A program made the translations under genes and the position numbers. 64,000 nt of DNA from Gammaproteobacteria bacterium (GTDB taxonomy: Bacteria > Pseudomonadota > Gammaproteobacteria > Ga0077536): NCBI GenBank assembly GCA_963662545.2, contig CAXXLL010000003.1:1664001-1728000 (forward strand), given 5' to 3'. Position 1 is the stretch's first letter. Each line of letters begins with the position of its first letter. A model generated the notes under the pieces. The model saw only the letters and a program-made list of their open reading frames with translations. It was not told the DNA's origin and did no database searches. This document shows positions 22,392 to 34,949 of this stretch, one piece after another.

Positions 22392-23858
22392 CTAGCGGCG
22401 GCCGCGCCTGTCTTTTTCAATTTTCTGAATGGTGTCTTGGACTTCTTCGAGGCGCGCGATGATCTTCTGGCGCTGGTAATTCGTCAGCCCGGGCGTCGCC
22501 CGTGCGATGCGCAACTGCTCGGCAGCGTGCGGAAACTCGCCCACGCTCAGGTAGTATTCAGCCAGCGAATGATGTGAGTTGGCCTTCTCCCCAAGTTTTG
22601 TCTCAGCCTCGGCAAGGTATTTGTAGAATTTCGGATCGCGCCGATCTGCAAGCCCGTACTCGCCTAACAGATCCTTGGCTTCATCAGGCCGGTCAACCAG
22701 GATCAAGGCGTTGATGTAGCCGTAGATCGAGGCCCGGTTTTCGGGTTCGAGTTCATATGCCTTCTTGTAATGCAGCAGCGACGCATCGAAATCGTTCGCT
22801 TTCTGTTCGAGTTGGCCCGCGGCAATACGAAACGGTACCAAGGTGGGATAGTCCGCCATGAGTTTCAGGAGTTCGATGCGGGCTTTCTCGAATTCGCCGG
22901 TCTCAATCAGCGCAAGGGCGTAACCGTAGCGCGCGACCTCTTCATAGCGATACTCGCCATTTCGAAGCTTTGCTTGAAAAAAGTGGCGGGCTTGGACCGG
23001 GTCGCGCGCGGAGCCCACCTGGAGCTTGGTCTTGATGAGGTAATACTTATAACTGTCTTCGCGGATGATCGCGGGCTTGACGCGCTCGGCGCGGCTTCTG
23101 GCTTCAGCGATGCGATTAACCGTGATCGGATGCGACCGCAGGTATTCGGGAATTTGTTTCGGATCCGTGTAGCGGCTCGCGCGCTGCATGCGTTCGAAGA
23201 ACACCGCCATCTTCTGGGTATCGTATCCAGCCTGGCTCATGAGCCTGATCCCGATGTTGTCCGCCTCTTTTTCGTTCCCGCGGGTGAAATTTATCTGGTG
23301 TTGCTGCGCCGCGGCCTGCGTCGCAATCAACGCCGCTGAGCCGGCTTCGGGATTGACTGCCGCCAGGGCTATCGCGCCGATCATGGCCGCGATCATGGGA
23401 ATGTTCATCTGCGACGCTTCCTCGATCATGCGCGCGGCGTGACGTTGCGTGACGTGCGATATTTCGTGTGCGATGACGGACGCGAGTTCCGCCTCGCTTT
23501 GCGTCTCGAGGATCAGGCCTGAATAAAACGCAACGAGGCCACCCGGCACGGCGAAAGCGTTGATCGCAGGGCTGTCGATGACGAGAAAGGTGAATTCGCC
23601 GTAGTAACCGGTCAACTCGCTCATGCTCTCGCCGAGTTCCTGGATGTAATCCTCGACTTCTTCATCGGTCATGAGAGGCGCGAGGCGGCGAATCTGACGC
23701 ATGAAATCCTCGCCGATTCTCTTCTCCTGTTCAGGTGAAATGAGCGCGCCGGCGGAGTCGCCGAAATCAGGCAGTTCGATCAATTCCTGCGCCGCCGTGG
23801 ACAGTGCAAAGATGAGGCATGCGGCCGCAGTGAAGATGCGATCAAATCCAATTTTCAT
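22392..23858 (-). CDS. bepA: Beta-barrel assembly-enhancing protease (M48 + TPR)
   Basis: INAFAVPGG, HEISH, EKEAD, YLRSHP, C-terminal TPRs. Confidence 0.9.
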   Translation of the reverse strand: MKIGFDRIFTAAACLIFALSTAAQELIELPDFGDSAGALISPEQEKRIGEDFMRQIRRLAPLMTDEEVEDYIQELGESMSELTGYYGEFTFLVIDSPAINAFAVPGGLVAFYSGLILETQSEAELASVIAHEISHVTQRHAARMIEEASQMNIPMIAAMIGAIALAAVNPEAGSAALIATQAAAQQHQINFTRGNEKEADNIGIRLMSQAGYDTQKMAVFFERMQRASRYTDPKQIPEYLRSHPITVNRIAEARSRAERVKPAIIREDSYKYYLIKTKLQVGSARDPVQARHFFQAKLRNGEYRYEEVARYGYALALIETGEFEKARIELLKLMADYPTLVPFRIAAGQLEQKANDFDASLLHYKKAYELEPENRASIYGYINALILVDRPDEAKDLLGEYGLADRRDPKFYKYLAEAETKLGEKANSHHSLAEYYLSVGEFPHAAEQLRIARATPGLTNYQRQKIIARLEEVQDTIQKIEKDRRGRR

Positions 23859-24161
23859 GATGCCGTTGCGCTCAATTGCAATGCCTACACAGTAACATAG
23901 GACCGGTCTTGCCGAAGCCTTGCCCTTAACACCATTAAAGTTGGATTTCGCGGCCCTAATCCCAGCTCGCCGGGCAAGCCGGACCGCACCCTCCAACGTT
24001 GACGACGTTAGCCGAGGCCTCGCCCCGACGATATCCATGCGACGCAGGAAACTCTGACATAATCACGATCCCCTTGAATAAACCTGCCTGAACGCGCCAA
24101 GCTTTTTGAAAACCGAAGCCGTTTTACCCACGGAACACTCATTTTTACCCGAAACTGTGAA

Positions 24162-25433
24162 TTGACTGTGGAGAAACGAAACGCGTTTTACGCCCAATCG
24201 GGCGGGGTCACCGCCGTCATCAACGCTTCGGCCTGCGGCGTGATCGAGGCGGCGCGTAAACACCCCGAGCGTATCAGCAAAGTCTACGCCGGTCGTAACG
24301 GCATCCTCGGCGCCCTCACCGAGGATCTCATCGATACCTCAGTCGAATCGGACGCCGACATCGCTGCGCTGCGCCATACGCCCTCGGGCGCGTTCGGTTC
24401 GTGCCGCTACAAGCTCAAGGGCGTCGACGCGCATCGCGCCGAATACGATCGCCTCCTGCAAGTGTTCAAAGCCCATGACATCGGTTATTTTTTCTACAAC
24501 GGCGGCGGTGATTCGCAAGATACGTCCAACAAAGTGGCCGAGTTCAGTCGTGAAGCCGGCTATCCGCTGATTTGCGTCGGCATTCCCAAGACCGTCGACA
24601 ACGATCTACCCGCCACGGACACCTGCCCGGGTTTCGGCTCGGTTGCCAAATACGTCGCCGTGTCGATTCGCGAAGCCGGCTTTGACGTAGCCTCCATGGC
24701 AAAAACTTCGACCAAGGTCTTCGTCATGGAGGTCATGGGCCGCCACACCGGCTGGATTGCAGCGGCCGGCGGTCTCGCCAGCACGGCGCCGGGCGAAGCG
24801 CCACACCTTATTCTGTTCCCCGAAGTGAGCTTCAACGAACCGGATTTCATTCGGCGCGTCGACGAATGCGTCAAAGCTTACGGTTACTGCGCCATCGTCG
24901 TATCCGAAGGGCTGAAGAACGCCGCGGGTCGATTCGTAGCGGAAGCGGGAACGCGAGACGCCTTCGGGCATGCGCAACTCGGCGGCGTGGCGCCTGTGAT
25001 CGCGCAATTGATCAAAGACGCGCTCGGTTACAAGTTTCACTGGGCAGTTGCCGATTATCTACAGCGCGCCGCGAGGCATATCGCTTCCGGCACGGACGTC
25101 GAGCAAGCTTACGCGCTCGGTCGCGCGGCGGTCGAAATGGCGCTCGCCGGTGAGAACGACGTCATGGTGACGATCATCAGGTTGTCCGATGAGCCTTATC
25201 GATGGGAGATCGGCAAGGTCCCGCTCGCGGAGGTTGCCAACGTCGAGAAAAAAATGCCGCCGGAATTCATCACGCAAGACGGTTATGGGATCACCGAGCC
25301 GTGCCGGCGTTATCTGGCGCCGCTCATCGTGGGCGAAGACTATCCGCCCTACTGCGACGGCCTGCCACGCTACGTCACTCTCAAGAACCAGGCGGTGCCG
25401 CGTAAACTCGCCGCGACCTTTGAACCGGCCTGA
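24162..25433 (+). CDS. pfp: 6-phosphofructokinase, probably PPi-dependent
   Basis: YAQSGG, NGGGDS (Asp at the specificity position), PKTVDND (Lys), EVMGR. Confidence 0.85.
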   Translation: MTVEKRNAFYAQSGGVTAVINASACGVIEAARKHPERISKVYAGRNGILGALTEDLIDTSVESDADIAALRHTPSGAFGSCRYKLKGVDAHRAEYDRLLQVFKAHDIGYFFYNGGGDSQDTSNKVAEFSREAGYPLICVGIPKTVDNDLPATDTCPGFGSVAKYVAVSIREAGFDVASMAKTSTKVFVMEVMGRHTGWIAAAGGLASTAPGEAPHLILFPEVSFNEPDFIRRVDECVKAYGYCAIVVSEGLKNAAGRFVAEAGTRDAFGHAQLGGVAPVIAQLIKDALGYKFHWAVADYLQRAARHIASGTDVEQAYALGRAAVEMALAGENDVMVTIIRLSDEPYRWEIGKVPLAEVANVEKKMPPEFITQDGYGITEPCRRYLAPLIVGEDYPPYCDGLPRYVTLKNQAVPRKLAATFEPA

Positions 25434-25547
25434 TTCCAAAGTACAATCTGCCGCGCTCATCCGGGGGGATGACAGGCAAATTCCGGCTTAATTCGGCCGA
25501 TTTTCTGCTTTTTTTTTACAGCGATCTGCTAGCTGAGGGCTTTTCTC

Positions 25548-27560
25548 ATGTCCGCAATTTGGTTTTCCATCCTCTGTGGCCTGGTCGCCCTTGCATACGG
25601 TGCGTGGTCTGTACGCTGGATACTGGCACAACCACAGGGTAATGAACGTATGCGTGAAATCGCGGCCGCCATACAGCAGGGCGCGACGGCTTATCTCAAT
25701 CGTCAGTACTCCACCATTGCCATCGCGGGCGCCATTTTATTTGGGGCACTCTATTTCGCGCTGGGTGGTCTGACGGCCATCGGTTTTCTCATCGGCGCAG
25801 TCCTCTCCGGCGCGACCGGCTACATCGGCATGAACATCTCGGTACGGTCGAATCTGAGAACCGCCGAAGCCGCCAACAGCGGCATGAACGCCGCATTGCA
25901 GGTCGCGTTCCGCGGCGGCGCCATCACCGGCTTACTCGTAGTCGGGCTGGGGTTGCTCGGGGTCGCGGGCTTCTACGGTGTGCTCTTAAGCCTGGGTCAG
26001 GGTGACAACCTGACGCCCCTGCTGGGGCTTGCCTTCGGCGGCTCGCTGATTTCCATTTTCGCCCGCCTCGGTGGCGGCATCTTCACCAAGGGCGCCGACG
26101 TCGGCGCCGACCTCGTCGGCAAGGTCGAAGTCGGCATCCCCGAAGATGATCCGCGCAACCCCGCGGTCATCGCCGACAACGTCGGTGACAACGTTGGTGA
26201 TTGCGCGGGCATGGCCGCCGATCTCTTCGAAACCTACGCAGTCACGGTGATCGCAACCATGCTCCTCGGCAGTCTCGCCTTGAGCGAGGTCGGACCGAAC
26301 GGCGTCATCTATCCGCTGGTGCTCGGCGGCGTCTCGATCCTGGCCTCGGTCGTCGGCACCTTCTTCGTCAAAATCAGCGAGGGCGGCAGTGTCATGGGCG
26401 CACTCTACCGCGGTCTCATCGTTGCCGGCGTGCTCGCAGCCATCGCCTTTTTACCGGTGACCTGGTTCTTGATGGCGGAATCCACATACAGCGTGATGAG
26501 CCTGTTCGGCTGCGCCGTCATCGGACTCTTGCTGACCGCCGCGCTGGTCTGGATCACGGAGTATTACACCGGCACCGAATACGGCCCGGTCCGGCACATC
26601 GCCGCGGCGTCGGAAACCGGACACGCAACCAATGTCATCGCCGGCATCGGCGTTTCAATGAAGGCCTGCGCGATGCCGGTACTCGCGATTTGCGCCGCCA
26701 TTTACTTCGCTTATGACTGGGCCGAACTCTACGGCATCGCGATCGCCGCCACCTCGATGCTGTCGATGACCGGCATCATCGTCGCGCTGGACGCCTTTGG
26801 TCCGATCACCGACAACGCCGGCGGCATCGCGGAGATGGCCAACTTACCCGAAAAGATCCGCGCCATCACCGACCCGCTCGACGCGGTCGGAAACACCACC
26901 AAGGCCGTGACCAAGGGCTACGCCATCGGATCGGCCGCTCTGGCGGCCTTGGTATTGTTCGCCGACTACACCCACGAACTCGAGAAAGTGAGCGGCGTGC
27001 ATTTCGAATTCATGCTGTCCGACCCCCGTGTCATCATCGGCCTGTTCATCGGCGGCATGGTGCCCTATCTTTTCGCCGCGATGGCCATGGAGGCCGTCGG
27101 GCGTGCCGCCGGGTCTGTCGTACTCGAAGTGCGCCGACAGTTTCGTGAGATTGACGGCATTATGGAAGGCACGGCGAAACCCGACTATACGCGGGCCGTG
27201 GATTTGCTGACCAAGGCGGCCATCAAGGAAATGATCATCCCGTCGCTGCTACCCATATTTGTCCCGGTTCTGGTCGGGTTCATTCTCGGGCCTGTTGCGC
27301 TCGGCGGATTGCTACTTGGCTCCATCATCACCGGCTTGTTCGTCGCCATTTCGATGACGACGGGCGGCGGCGCCTGGGACAACGCCAAAAAATACATCGA
27401 GGACGGAAATTTCGGCGGCAAGGGCTCCGAAGCACACAAAGCGGCTGTCACCGGGGACACGGTGGGCGACCCCTACAAGGACACGGCCGGACCTGCGGTG
27501 AACCCCCTCATTAAGATCATCAATATCGTCGCCTTGTTGATCGTGCCGCTCATCGTCTAA
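25548..27560 (+). CDS. hppA: Membrane H+-translocating pyrophosphatase, K+-independent type
   Basis: [26 protein letters not shown] (Lys = K+-independent), [10 protein letters not shown]. Confidence 0.96.
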   Translation: MSAIWFSILCGLVALAYGAWSVRWILAQPQGNERMREIAAAIQQGATAYLNRQYSTIAIAGAILFGALYFALGGLTAIGFLIGAVLSGATGYIGMNISVRSNLRTAEAANSGMNAALQVAFRGGAITGLLVVGLGLLGVAGFYGVLLSLGQGDNLTPLLGLAFGGSLISIFARLGGGIFTKGADVGADLVGKVEVGIPEDDPRNPAVIADNVGDNVGDCAGMAADLFETYAVTVIATMLLGSLALSEVGPNGVIYPLVLGGVSILASVVGTFFVKISEGGSVMGALYRGLIVAGVLAAIAFLPVTWFLMAESTYSVMSLFGCAVIGLLLTAALVWITEYYTGTEYGPVRHIAAASETGHATNVIAGIGVSMKACAMPVLAICAAIYFAYDWAELYGIAIAATSMLSMTGIIVALDAFGPITDNAGGIAEMANLPEKIRAITDPLDAVGNTTKAVTKGYAIGSAALAALVLFADYTHELEKVSGVHFEFMLSDPRVIIGLFIGGMVPYLFAAMAMEAVGRAAGSVVLEVRRQFREIDGIMEGTAKPDYTRAVDLLTKAAIKEMIIPSLLPIFVPVLVGFILGPVALGGLLLGSIITGLFVAISMTTGGGAWDNAKKYIEDGNFGGKGSEAHKAAVTGDTVGDPYKDTAGPAVNPLIKIINIVALLIVPLIV

Positions 27561-27666
27561 GACCCTTACAGAAAAGGCTATTTCTACCACCGAGATTGAG
27601 CGTTATTTTATTGAGACCTTGAGGTGTCCTCGCCGGTTTAATTTGACGTTCGTGGACGTGCTTGCA

Positions 27667-28278
27667 CTATCGATCGAGCTGTCCGCCGCTCAAGGTATGG
27701 TCGACGCCGGCCTCATTCAACAACGTCGAGGTCTCATACAGCGGCAAGCCGACCACCGCCGAATAGCTGCCTTCGATCTGCTTTACCAGCGCGCCGCCGA
27801 TGCCCTGAATGCCATAGGCGCCCGCTTTGTCGGCCGGTTCGCCGGTTTGCCAGTAGGCTTCGATCGTCTGCGCCTCGAGAATAGCGAACTGCACCCTACA
27901 GCGAACGACACGGCACAAGGTATCCATTTCCCAGCCCAGGACGACGGCAGTCAACACCACATGCCAACACCCTGACAGTGCGGTCAGCATTTCTGTTGCA
28001 TGCGCGCGATCCCGCGGCTTGCCGAAGATCAGCCCGTCGACGCTGACCACTGTGTCGGCGGCCACAACCACAGCATCTTCTGGAAGCGCGGCACGCCCGG
28101 CGGCTGCCTTGGCAAGCGCTGTACGGCGGACGTGGTTTTCCGGCGATTCCTGCGTGATGGGTGTCTCATCGACGTCGACCTCTACCACCCGGAATTTCAC
28201 GCCGAGTAAGCGCAGCAGATCAGCGCGACGCGGCGAGCGCGAAGCGAGATACACAGTGCCTTTACCTACGGCCGCCAT
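27667..28278 (-). CDS. maf: Maf-family nucleoside triphosphate pyrophosphatase (YhdE type)
   Basis: LASRSPRR, AADTVV, DKAGAYGIQG, VVGLP. Confidence 0.94.
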   Translation of the reverse strand: MAAVGKGTVYLASRSPRRADLLRLLGVKFRVVEVDVDETPITQESPENHVRRTALAKAAAGRAALPEDAVVVAADTVVSVDGLIFGKPRDRAHATEMLTALSGCWHVVLTAVVLGWEMDTLCRVVRCRVQFAILEAQTIEAYWQTGEPADKAGAYGIQGIGGALVKQIEGSYSAVVGLPLYETSTLLNEAGVDHTLSGGQLDR

Positions 28279-28390
28279 GGTACTTGCTCGATGATCTCAA
28301 CAGCGTTTATTGCAAGGTGAATCAAGGCTGCGCTGTGGTAGAACGCTAACGGCTCGATTGCAAAAACGTCCGCGGGCAAGTGTTTCAGGC

Positions 28391-28777
28391 CTATCCGGAG
28401 ATCCCCTGACTCACCTTCGTCGGTGCCCACACACCCCACAATTTTTCGAGTTGATAGAACTCACGGACTTGCGGCTGCATGATGTGAATGACGACGCCGC
28501 CCAGATCGATCAGTACCCACTCGCCCTGGCGCTCGCCCTCGATACCCAGAATCTCCGCTCCGACAGCGCGTGCCGCTCCGACGACCCGCTTTAACAACGC
28601 TTTGACCTGCCGGTTTGAACGGCCTGAAGCGATCACCATGAAGTCGGTAATGATCGTCAGTTCCCGCACGTCAAGAGTACTAATGTCGACCGCCTTGCCG
28701 TCGTCAAGGGCTTCGCATATTTGCCCCGCGAGTGTTACCGAGAAAGTGTCTTCGTTGTCGTTGTTGCCTTGGATCAT
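28391..28777 (-). CDS. rsfS: Ribosome silencing factor
   Basis: DGKAVDI, WVLIDLG, REFYQLEKLW. Confidence 0.95.
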   Translation of the reverse strand: MIQGNNDNEDTFSVTLAGQICEALDDGKAVDISTLDVRELTIITDFMVIASGRSNRQVKALLKRVVGAARAVGAEILGIEGERQGEWVLIDLGGVVIHIMQPQVREFYQLEKLWGVWAPTKVSQGISG

Positions 28778-29433
28778 GCCAGGTACAGACCTTGGTCGAT
28801 TATGATGTCGTTTACTGGACCGGGTACCAGATGTCGAAGATCCCGCCCCGCGGCGCGGCGTGCGCGCAGGTCACTGGACGCGATCGAAAGTAGGGGAATA
28901 TCAAGAAAAAAAACTCGCCCCGCGGTACTGTCATGGAGATCATCCACGGTATCAGCCTGCGCACTCCCGATGATTTCGTCAAGTCCGCAAGCGTCATGAT
29001 CGGGCGATCCGGGACGGGCAACAACGACGACATGCGCCAGCCGAAGGATCTCCTGCGGCCGGTGCCAAGTGGGTAGTGATCGATAGGAATCGACGCCCAT
29101 CAACAGGCACAATGGCACCTCAGGCTGATCACGTCGCAACTCGCTCAGCGTGTCGACTGTATAGCTGACGCCACCGCGTTCGATCTCTCGAAGATCAATT
29201 TCGATCGGCGCGCGCGCAATCACGCGTAACATTTCAACGCGCACTTCAGGTGACGTCTTGGGAGCGTTGCGATGACTGGGCGTGTGTAGGGGAACGAGTC
29301 GGACATGATCGAGGTCGAGCGCCTCGTGCGCCTCGATGGCGACGCGCAGGTGGCCGTGGTGAACCGGATCGAAGGTGCCACCCAGAATCCCGATAGGACG
29401 TGGTTGCGCGCGCGATTGTTTTCCGGAATTCAT
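28774..29433 (-). CDS. nadD: Nicotinate-nucleotide adenylyltransferase
   Basis: GGTFDPVHHGH, SYTVDTL, IASSDLR. Confidence 0.95.
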   Translation of the reverse strand: MNSGKQSRAQPRPIGILGGTFDPVHHGHLRVAIEAHEALDLDHVRLVPLHTPSHRNAPKTSPEVRVEMLRVIARAPIEIDLREIERGGVSYTVDTLSELRRDQPEVPLCLLMGVDSYRSLPTWHRPQEILRLAHVVVVARPGSPDHDACGLDEIIGSAQADTVDDLHDSTAGRVFFLDIPLLSIASSDLRARRAAGRDLRHLVPGPVNDIIIDQGLYLA

Positions 29434-29476
29434 ACGAGGTCAAAATCAGCCGGCTATTGCAGACAGGCAGCGGACC

Positions 29477-30757
29477 TCATTCCCGAATATGCCCGTCTCC
29501 CAGCACTACCCATTTTTGCGAGGTCAGGCCTTCGAGCCCGACCGGGCCGCGCGCGTGAAATTTATCCGTGCTAATCCCGATCTCCGCCCCGAGGCCGTAT
29601 TCAAAGCCGTCGGCGAAGCGGGTGGACGCATTGACGATGACCGAGCTCGAATCGACTTCGTTGATGAAGCGGCGGGCGTGCTCGAGATTTTCGGTGACGA
29701 TAGCATCCGTGTGTTGTGATCCATAGGTCCGGATGTGGTCGATGGCGGCATCCAGATCATCGACTATCCGAACAGCCAGCACGGGGGCGAGGAATTCCTC
29801 ATACCAATCGTCTTCGCTGGCCTCCTTGACGGCATCGTTGAACGTACGCGTACGCGCGCACCCGCGAAGCTCGACGCCGGCATCGAGGTAATCCTCGATG
29901 AGCGTCGGAAATACCTTTTCGGCAATCTTCGGCGCCGCGAGCAGGGTCTCCATCGTGTTGCAAGTGCCATAACGCTGCGTTTTGGCGTTGAACGCGATGC
30001 GCCGTGCTTTCGCGCTGTCGGCCGCATCGTCCAGAAAGACGTGGCAAACACCATCGAGGTGCTTGATCACCGGCATGCGCGCCTCCCTACTGACCCGTTC
30101 GATCAAACCCTTGCCGCCGCGCGGAATGATCACATCGATTAGATCATGCAACGCGAGCAAGGCGCCGACGGCGGCGCGATCGGTCGTTTGAACGATCTGT
30201 ACGGCCGCCTCAGGAAGGTTCGCCGCTGCAAGGCCGGCACGTATGCACGCTGCGATCGCCTGGTTCGATGCCTGTGCCTCCGAACCACCGCGCAATATCA
30301 CCGCATTACCGGATTTAAGGCACAGCGTCGCGGCATCCGCCGTCACGGTGGGCCGCGATTCATAAATGATCCCGACGACCCCGAGGGGCACACGCATGCG
30401 GCCGACCTGGATCCCGCTCGGCCGGTAGTTGAGATCCGTAATCGCGCCGATGGGATCGGGGAGTTGCGCGACCTGGAGAATGCCGAGTGCCATCGCTTCC
30501 ACGCGCTCCGGATCCAACGCCAGGCGATCGAGAAGCGCCGCATCGAGATCGACCGCCAGGTCGAGATCCCGGCGGTTGGCCTCGAGGATCACGTCACTCG
30601 ACGCGCGGATCCTTTGCGCGATTCCCCGCAACGCCTCGTCCTTTTCAGCCGTAGTGGCGCGCGCCATCATCCGGCTTACTTCGCGCGCTTCGGCTGCGAT
30701 GGCGTGAATGCGGGCAACGATGTCGCCCGCTTTGGATTGTCGTACGGCCTGTTGCAT
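29477..30757 (-). CDS. proA: Gamma-glutamyl phosphate reductase
   Basis: [37 protein letters not shown]. Confidence 0.97.
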   Translation of the reverse strand: MQQAVRQSKAGDIVARIHAIAAEAREVSRMMARATTAEKDEALRGIAQRIRASSDVILEANRRDLDLAVDLDAALLDRLALDPERVEAMALGILQVAQLPDPIGAITDLNYRPSGIQVGRMRVPLGVVGIIYESRPTVTADAATLCLKSGNAVILRGGSEAQASNQAIAACIRAGLAAANLPEAAVQIVQTTDRAAVGALLALHDLIDVIIPRGGKGLIERVSREARMPVIKHLDGVCHVFLDDAADSAKARRIAFNAKTQRYGTCNTMETLLAAPKIAEKVFPTLIEDYLDAGVELRGCARTRTFNDAVKEASEDDWYEEFLAPVLAVRIVDDLDAAIDHIRTYGSQHTDAIVTENLEHARRFINEVDSSSVIVNASTRFADGFEYGLGAEIGISTDKFHARGPVGLEGLTSQKWVVLGDGHIRE

Positions 30758-30761
30758 CGGA

Positions 30762-31799
30762 TTAATGGTGGGTTAAAAGCGCTCTAAAGTTCGTATGTCC
30801 GGTTGCATTGACGATCAAGATTTCCAGCGCATCCCAGGGATCGCCTGTTCGCGCACCCTTGATCAAGGTATCGATAAAGTTAGCGTACGCCAGCAGCGTA
30901 GATAATTCATCCAGTTTGAATCGTTCGAGCGCGCGCGTGACCAGGCGCCTGCGCGATTGCCAGATGCGATATTTGTCCATCACCTGGGCCGTTTGCATGC
31001 CACCTGCACGCGCCGCCGCCATCGACGCGAGCTGTCTGAGTTCACGACCCAGCGCCCAGTTCACGAAAACCGCTTCCGCCCCTTCCTCGCGCAACCCGCG
31101 AATCACCCGTATCGCGCGAGGAAGTTCGCCCGCAACGACGGCGTCCGTCAGTTGAAAGACATCGTAGCGCGCGCTGTCGCGAACCGCGTTGATCACGTCG
31201 GTCTCGCCGATTTCCTGGCCGTCGACCAGTAGGCAAAGCTTTTCGACTTCCTGCGCCGCGGCGAGCATGTTGCCTTCCACGCGATCGGCGATGAATGCGG
31301 CCGCGGCCGCCGACAATCGTTTGCCCGAACGTCGTGCACGCCCGCTCAACCATCCCGGCAAGGCACTGATCTTGAGATCCCTCACCACTACGCAGACGGC
31401 GTTTTGCTCGATGGTCTTGAACCATCGGGTCTTACGCGCGCCTGTGTCGAGCTTGCCCGCGGTCACCAGCAGTACGTCATCGGCCTCCTCCCGCGCCGCG
31501 AGTTCTGCGAGGACAACGGCTCCGTTTTTGTCTGGTTTGCGGCCACCTAGCCGGATTTCGATGAGGCGGCGAGCGGCGAAAAGGGACAAGGCCCGGCTTT
31601 CAACGGATAGCGCCGGCCAGTCGATGCCGACTTCGGCGTCGAAAACGAGTCGTTCTTCAACTCCTTCCGCCGCCGCGTGGCGACGTACGGCGTCGGCACA
31701 TTCGGCCAGTTGCAAGGGTTCGTCGCCGTGGAAGAAATAGACCGCGTCCAAACCGTGATCGCGGAGGCGGTCATTGAGGCGCTCGCTGTTGACCTGCAT
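30762..31799 (-). CDS. holA: DNA polymerase III delta subunit
   Basis: [26 protein letters not shown]; leuS-lptE-holA synteny. Confidence 0.94.
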   Translation of the reverse strand: MQVNSERLNDRLRDHGLDAVYFFHGDEPLQLAECADAVRRHAAAEGVEERLVFDAEVGIDWPALSVESRALSLFAARRLIEIRLGGRKPDKNGAVVLAELAAREEADDVLLVTAGKLDTGARKTRWFKTIEQNAVCVVVRDLKISALPGWLSGRARRSGKRLSAAAAAFIADRVEGNMLAAAQEVEKLCLLVDGQEIGETDVINAVRDSARYDVFQLTDAVVAGELPRAIRVIRGLREEGAEAVFVNWALGRELRQLASMAAARAGGMQTAQVMDKYRIWQSRRRLVTRALERFKLDELSTLLAYANFIDTLIKGARTGDPWDALEILIVNATGHTNFRALLTHH

Positions 31800-31817
31800 A
31801 CCGTTCGGTGTGATACC

Positions 31818-32330
31818 TCACTCGGCCGGTGGCAGGTGTACGGCCTGTAAACGCATCATCAGTGTCGTCGCGGCCGTCTCGGCCAGATCGCGACGCACGG
31901 TTTTATCCTGTTCGACCGTACCCAGCAGCGAGCCCTCGTCGAAGACGTAATCCAACTGCCAATTCACTAACTCCACCGGCACGAGCAACTTGCCATCGCC
32001 GCTGTGCACGGAAAAATAGGCTTGCAGCCCCAGCTCGATCTCGCGGACCTTGCCGGTGTCGGGATCGACTGAAAGAACCCGCCGATCGAAATTCTCACTA
32101 CTGAGTTCGACGACGACTTCGGCTTCTGTGCGTTTCGCGGTAACTCGAACGCCGCGGTTGGCGAGTTCGGTACGAACCGCGGTCGATACTTTGGGTGCAT
32201 TGGCCGCATTGACGTACACCGTCTCGAAGGGAAACTTGTTCGGTCCTTCACCGCGCAGATACCAACCGCTACAAGCCTGTATGGAACAGGCCAGCGCCAT
32301 AAGGGCAGCGATTTTCGTTCGGTTCGACAT
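31818..32330 (-). CDS. lptE: LPS assembly lipoprotein LptE
   Basis: Lipoprotein signal QACSGWYLRG; lies between leuS and holA. Confidence 0.88.
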   Translation of the reverse strand: MSNRTKIAALMALACSIQACSGWYLRGEGPNKFPFETVYVNAANAPKVSTAVRTELANRGVRVTAKRTEAEVVVELSSENFDRRVLSVDPDTGKVREIELGLQAYFSVHSGDGKLLVPVELVNWQLDYVFDEGSLLGTVEQDKTVRRDLAETAATTLMMRLQAVHLPPAE

Positions 32331-32333
32331 GCT

Positions 32334-34949
32334 TCAGGCCGATACGACTACATTCACGAGTTTTCCGGGTACGACGATGATCTTGCGGATCGTTTTCTCC
32401 GCGGTAAAGCGTTTGACGTTGTCGTCGGCCATGGCCGCGGCCTCACAGTCCGCCTTGCCCGCGTCGGCAGGGACCTGGATGATCGCACGTTTCTTGCCGT
32501 TGACCTGCACCACGATCTCGATTTCGTCGCGTACCATCGCATCCTCGTCGGGCCGGGGCCAGGCAGCCTCAATGATATCGTCTGTGTGACCGAGTGCCTG
32601 CCACAGTACCGAGGCGACGTGCGGGACGATCGGCGCCAACAATAATACCGCTGTTTCCAGGCCTTCCTGGCGGACTGGCCGTGCCGCTTCGGAGGTGTCG
32701 TCCGCACGTGCAATATGATTGACCAGCTCCATCACCGCGGCGATCGCGGTATTGAATTTATACCGCCTGCTGAAGTCGTCGGTGACCTTCGCGATCGTTT
32801 CATGGGTGTGCCGGCGCAGCGCCTTGAGATCCTCAGGAAGTGCGCAAGGAAAAACCGCCGATGCATGGCCGCCGGCCACGTGTTTACGCGTCAAGCGCCA
32901 CAAGGACTTGATGAACCTGAAAGCGCCTTCGACCGCGGTATCTGACCACTCGAGCGTCTGGTCCGGAGGCGCGGCAAACATCGTGTAGAGACGAATCGTG
33001 TCGGCACCGTAACGATCGATGAGCCCCTGCGGGTCGACGCCGTTGTTTTTGGATTTCGACATCTTCTCGATCGGCCCGATCGTGACCGGCTGTCCATCGC
33101 TGATCAAGCGCGCCGCGATCACTCGGCGCCTGGCGTCCGTTTCCACCTCGACCTCAGCGGGATTGTAGTACTGCCGCCGGCCACGCTCGTTTTCACGGTA
33201 GTACGTTTCCTTGCACACCATCCCCTGGGTTAACAATCGCGTAAAAGGTTCGTCCGACACCACGAGGCCGGCGTCGCGCATCGCCTTGTGAAAGAAGCGC
33301 GCGTAGAGTAAATGCAGTACGGCATGCTCGATACCGCCGATATAAATATCGACCGGCATCCAGTAATCGACGCGTTCGTCGACCATCGCCGTCTCATTGT
33401 CGCGGCAGCAGAAGCGCGAAAAATACCACGACGATTCGAAAAATGTGTCGAAGGTGTCGGTCTCGCGCCGCGCCGGCGCACCGGTTGGCATTCTTGCGTC
33501 GATGAAGTCGGGCATTGAGCGCAAAGGTGAAGAGACGCCCGCCCACTCGACCTCCTCGGGCAAGATCACGGGAAGACCTTCGTCTGCCTCCGGCACCACC
33601 TCGCCGCCATCGCCGTAGAGGACGGGAATAGGGCAGCCCCAGTAACGCTGACGCGACACCAACCAGTCGCGCAAACGGTACTGCGTCCGCCGTTCGGCGC
33701 GGCCTTGGCGCTCGAGCGCCGTGGCGATTGCGTCGAACGCGGACGAAAAATCCAGGCCGTCGAATGCCCCGCTGTTGACCAGCACACCGTGATCCGTAAA
33801 TGCCCCGCGATCGATATCGATCGCTGGCCCATCCGCCGGCGCTACGACCTGGCGGATCGGCAAACGATGCTCGTTCGCGAATTCCCAGTCGCGCTGGTCG
33901 TGTGCGGGAACCGACATCACCGCGCCGGTGCCGTAAGCCATCAGAATGAAATTGGCGACCCACACGGGCAGCGGATCACCGGTCAGGGGATGGTCCACGC
34001 TAAATCCCAGCGGTTCGCCGCGCTTTTCCATCCGTGCGAGGACGCCTTCGCTGGTGGACTGCCGCCGGCAAGAATCCAGAAAAGTTTCCAGTTTTTTGCT
34101 GCCGGCCGCGGCGGCGACCGCCAGGGGATGTTCCGGGGCGATGGCCATATAAGTCGCGCCTAGCAGTGTATCGGGCCGCGTTGTGTACACCTCGAGGTTG
34201 CCGGAACCGTCGCTCAGGGGGAAACGGATGAGCAGACCTTCGGAGCGTCCGATCCAGTTCCGCTGCATGGTCTTGACGGCTTCGGGCCAGCCATCGAGTC
34301 GATCGAGTCCTTCTAGCAGCTCATCGGCATAGGCGGTAATTTTTAGGAACCATTGAGGAATCTCGCGGCGTTCGACCGGCGCTCCCGAGCGCCAGCCGCA
34401 ACCGTCGATCACCTGTTCGTTGGCGAGTACGGTCTGGTCGACCGGATCCCAGTTGACCACCGCCGTGTCGCGGTAAACCAGTCCCTTCTCATACAAGCGT
34501 GCAAAAAACCACTGCTCCCAGCGATAGTAATCGGGGTCGCAAGTGGCGAATTCTCGGTCCCAGTCATAAGCGAAACCGAGCCGCTCGAGTTGTCCGCGCA
34601 TGGATTCGATGTTCGAGCGGGTCCATGCGGCCGGCGGCACGTCGTTCTCGATGGCGGCGTTCTCCGCCGGCAGGCCAAATGCATCCCAACCCATTGGTTG
34701 TAATACATTTTTACCCTGCATGCGTTGGTATCGCGAGATCACATCCCCGATCGTGTAGTTGCGCACATGGCCCATGTGCAGGCGGCCGCTGGGGTAGGGG
34801 AACATCGACAGGCAATAAAACTTCTCGCGGCCTTCGTCTTCGGTTGCCTTGAAGGCACCGCGCTCGCGCCACGCTCGCTGCACCGCCGGCTCGATCACCG
34901 CGGGCTCATAGCGCTCTTTCAGGAACTCCTGCATGACTTCATCGCGCAA
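32334..34949 (-). CDS. leuS: Leucine--tRNA ligase
   Basis: MFPYPSG, HMGH, TTRPDT, KMSKS. Confidence 0.98.
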   Translation of the reverse strand: MRDEVMQEFLKERYEPAVIEPAVQRAWRERGAFKATEDEGREKFYCLSMFPYPSGRLHMGHVRNYTIGDVISRYQRMQGKNVLQPMGWDAFGLPAENAAIENDVPPAAWTRSNIESMRGQLERLGFAYDWDREFATCDPDYYRWEQWFFARLYEKGLVYRDTAVVNWDPVDQTVLANEQVIDGCGWRSGAPVERREIPQWFLKITAYADELLEGLDRLDGWPEAVKTMQRNWIGRSEGLLIRFPLSDGSGNLEVYTTRPDTLLGATYMAIAPEHPLAVAAAAGSKKLETFLDSCRRQSTSEGVLARMEKRGEPLGFSVDHPLTGDPLPVWVANFILMAYGTGAVMSVPAHDQRDWEFANEHRLPIRQVVAPADGPAIDIDRGAFTDHGVLVNSGAFDGLDFSSAFDAIATALERQGRAERRTQYRLRDWLVSRQRYWGCPIPVLYGDGGEVVPEADEGLPVILPEEVEWAGVSSPLRSMPDFIDARMPTGAPARRETDTFDTFFESSWYFSRFCCRDNETAMVDERVDYWMPVDIYIGGIEHAVLHLLYARFFHKAMRDAGLVVSDEPFTRLLTQGMVCKETYYRENERGRRQYYNPAEVEVETDARRRVIAARLISDGQPVTIGPIEKMSKSKNNGVDPQGLIDRYGADTIRLYTMFAAPPDQTLEWSDTAVEGAFRFIKSLWRLTRKHVAGGHASAVFPCALPEDLKALRRHTHETIAKVTDDFSRRYKFNTAIAAVMELVNHIARADDTSEAARPVRQEGLETAVLLLAPIVPHVASVLWQALGHTDDIIEAAWPRPDEDAMVRDEIEIVVQVNGKKRAIIQVPADAGKADCEAAAMADDNVKRFTAEKTIRKIIVVPGKLVNVVVSA

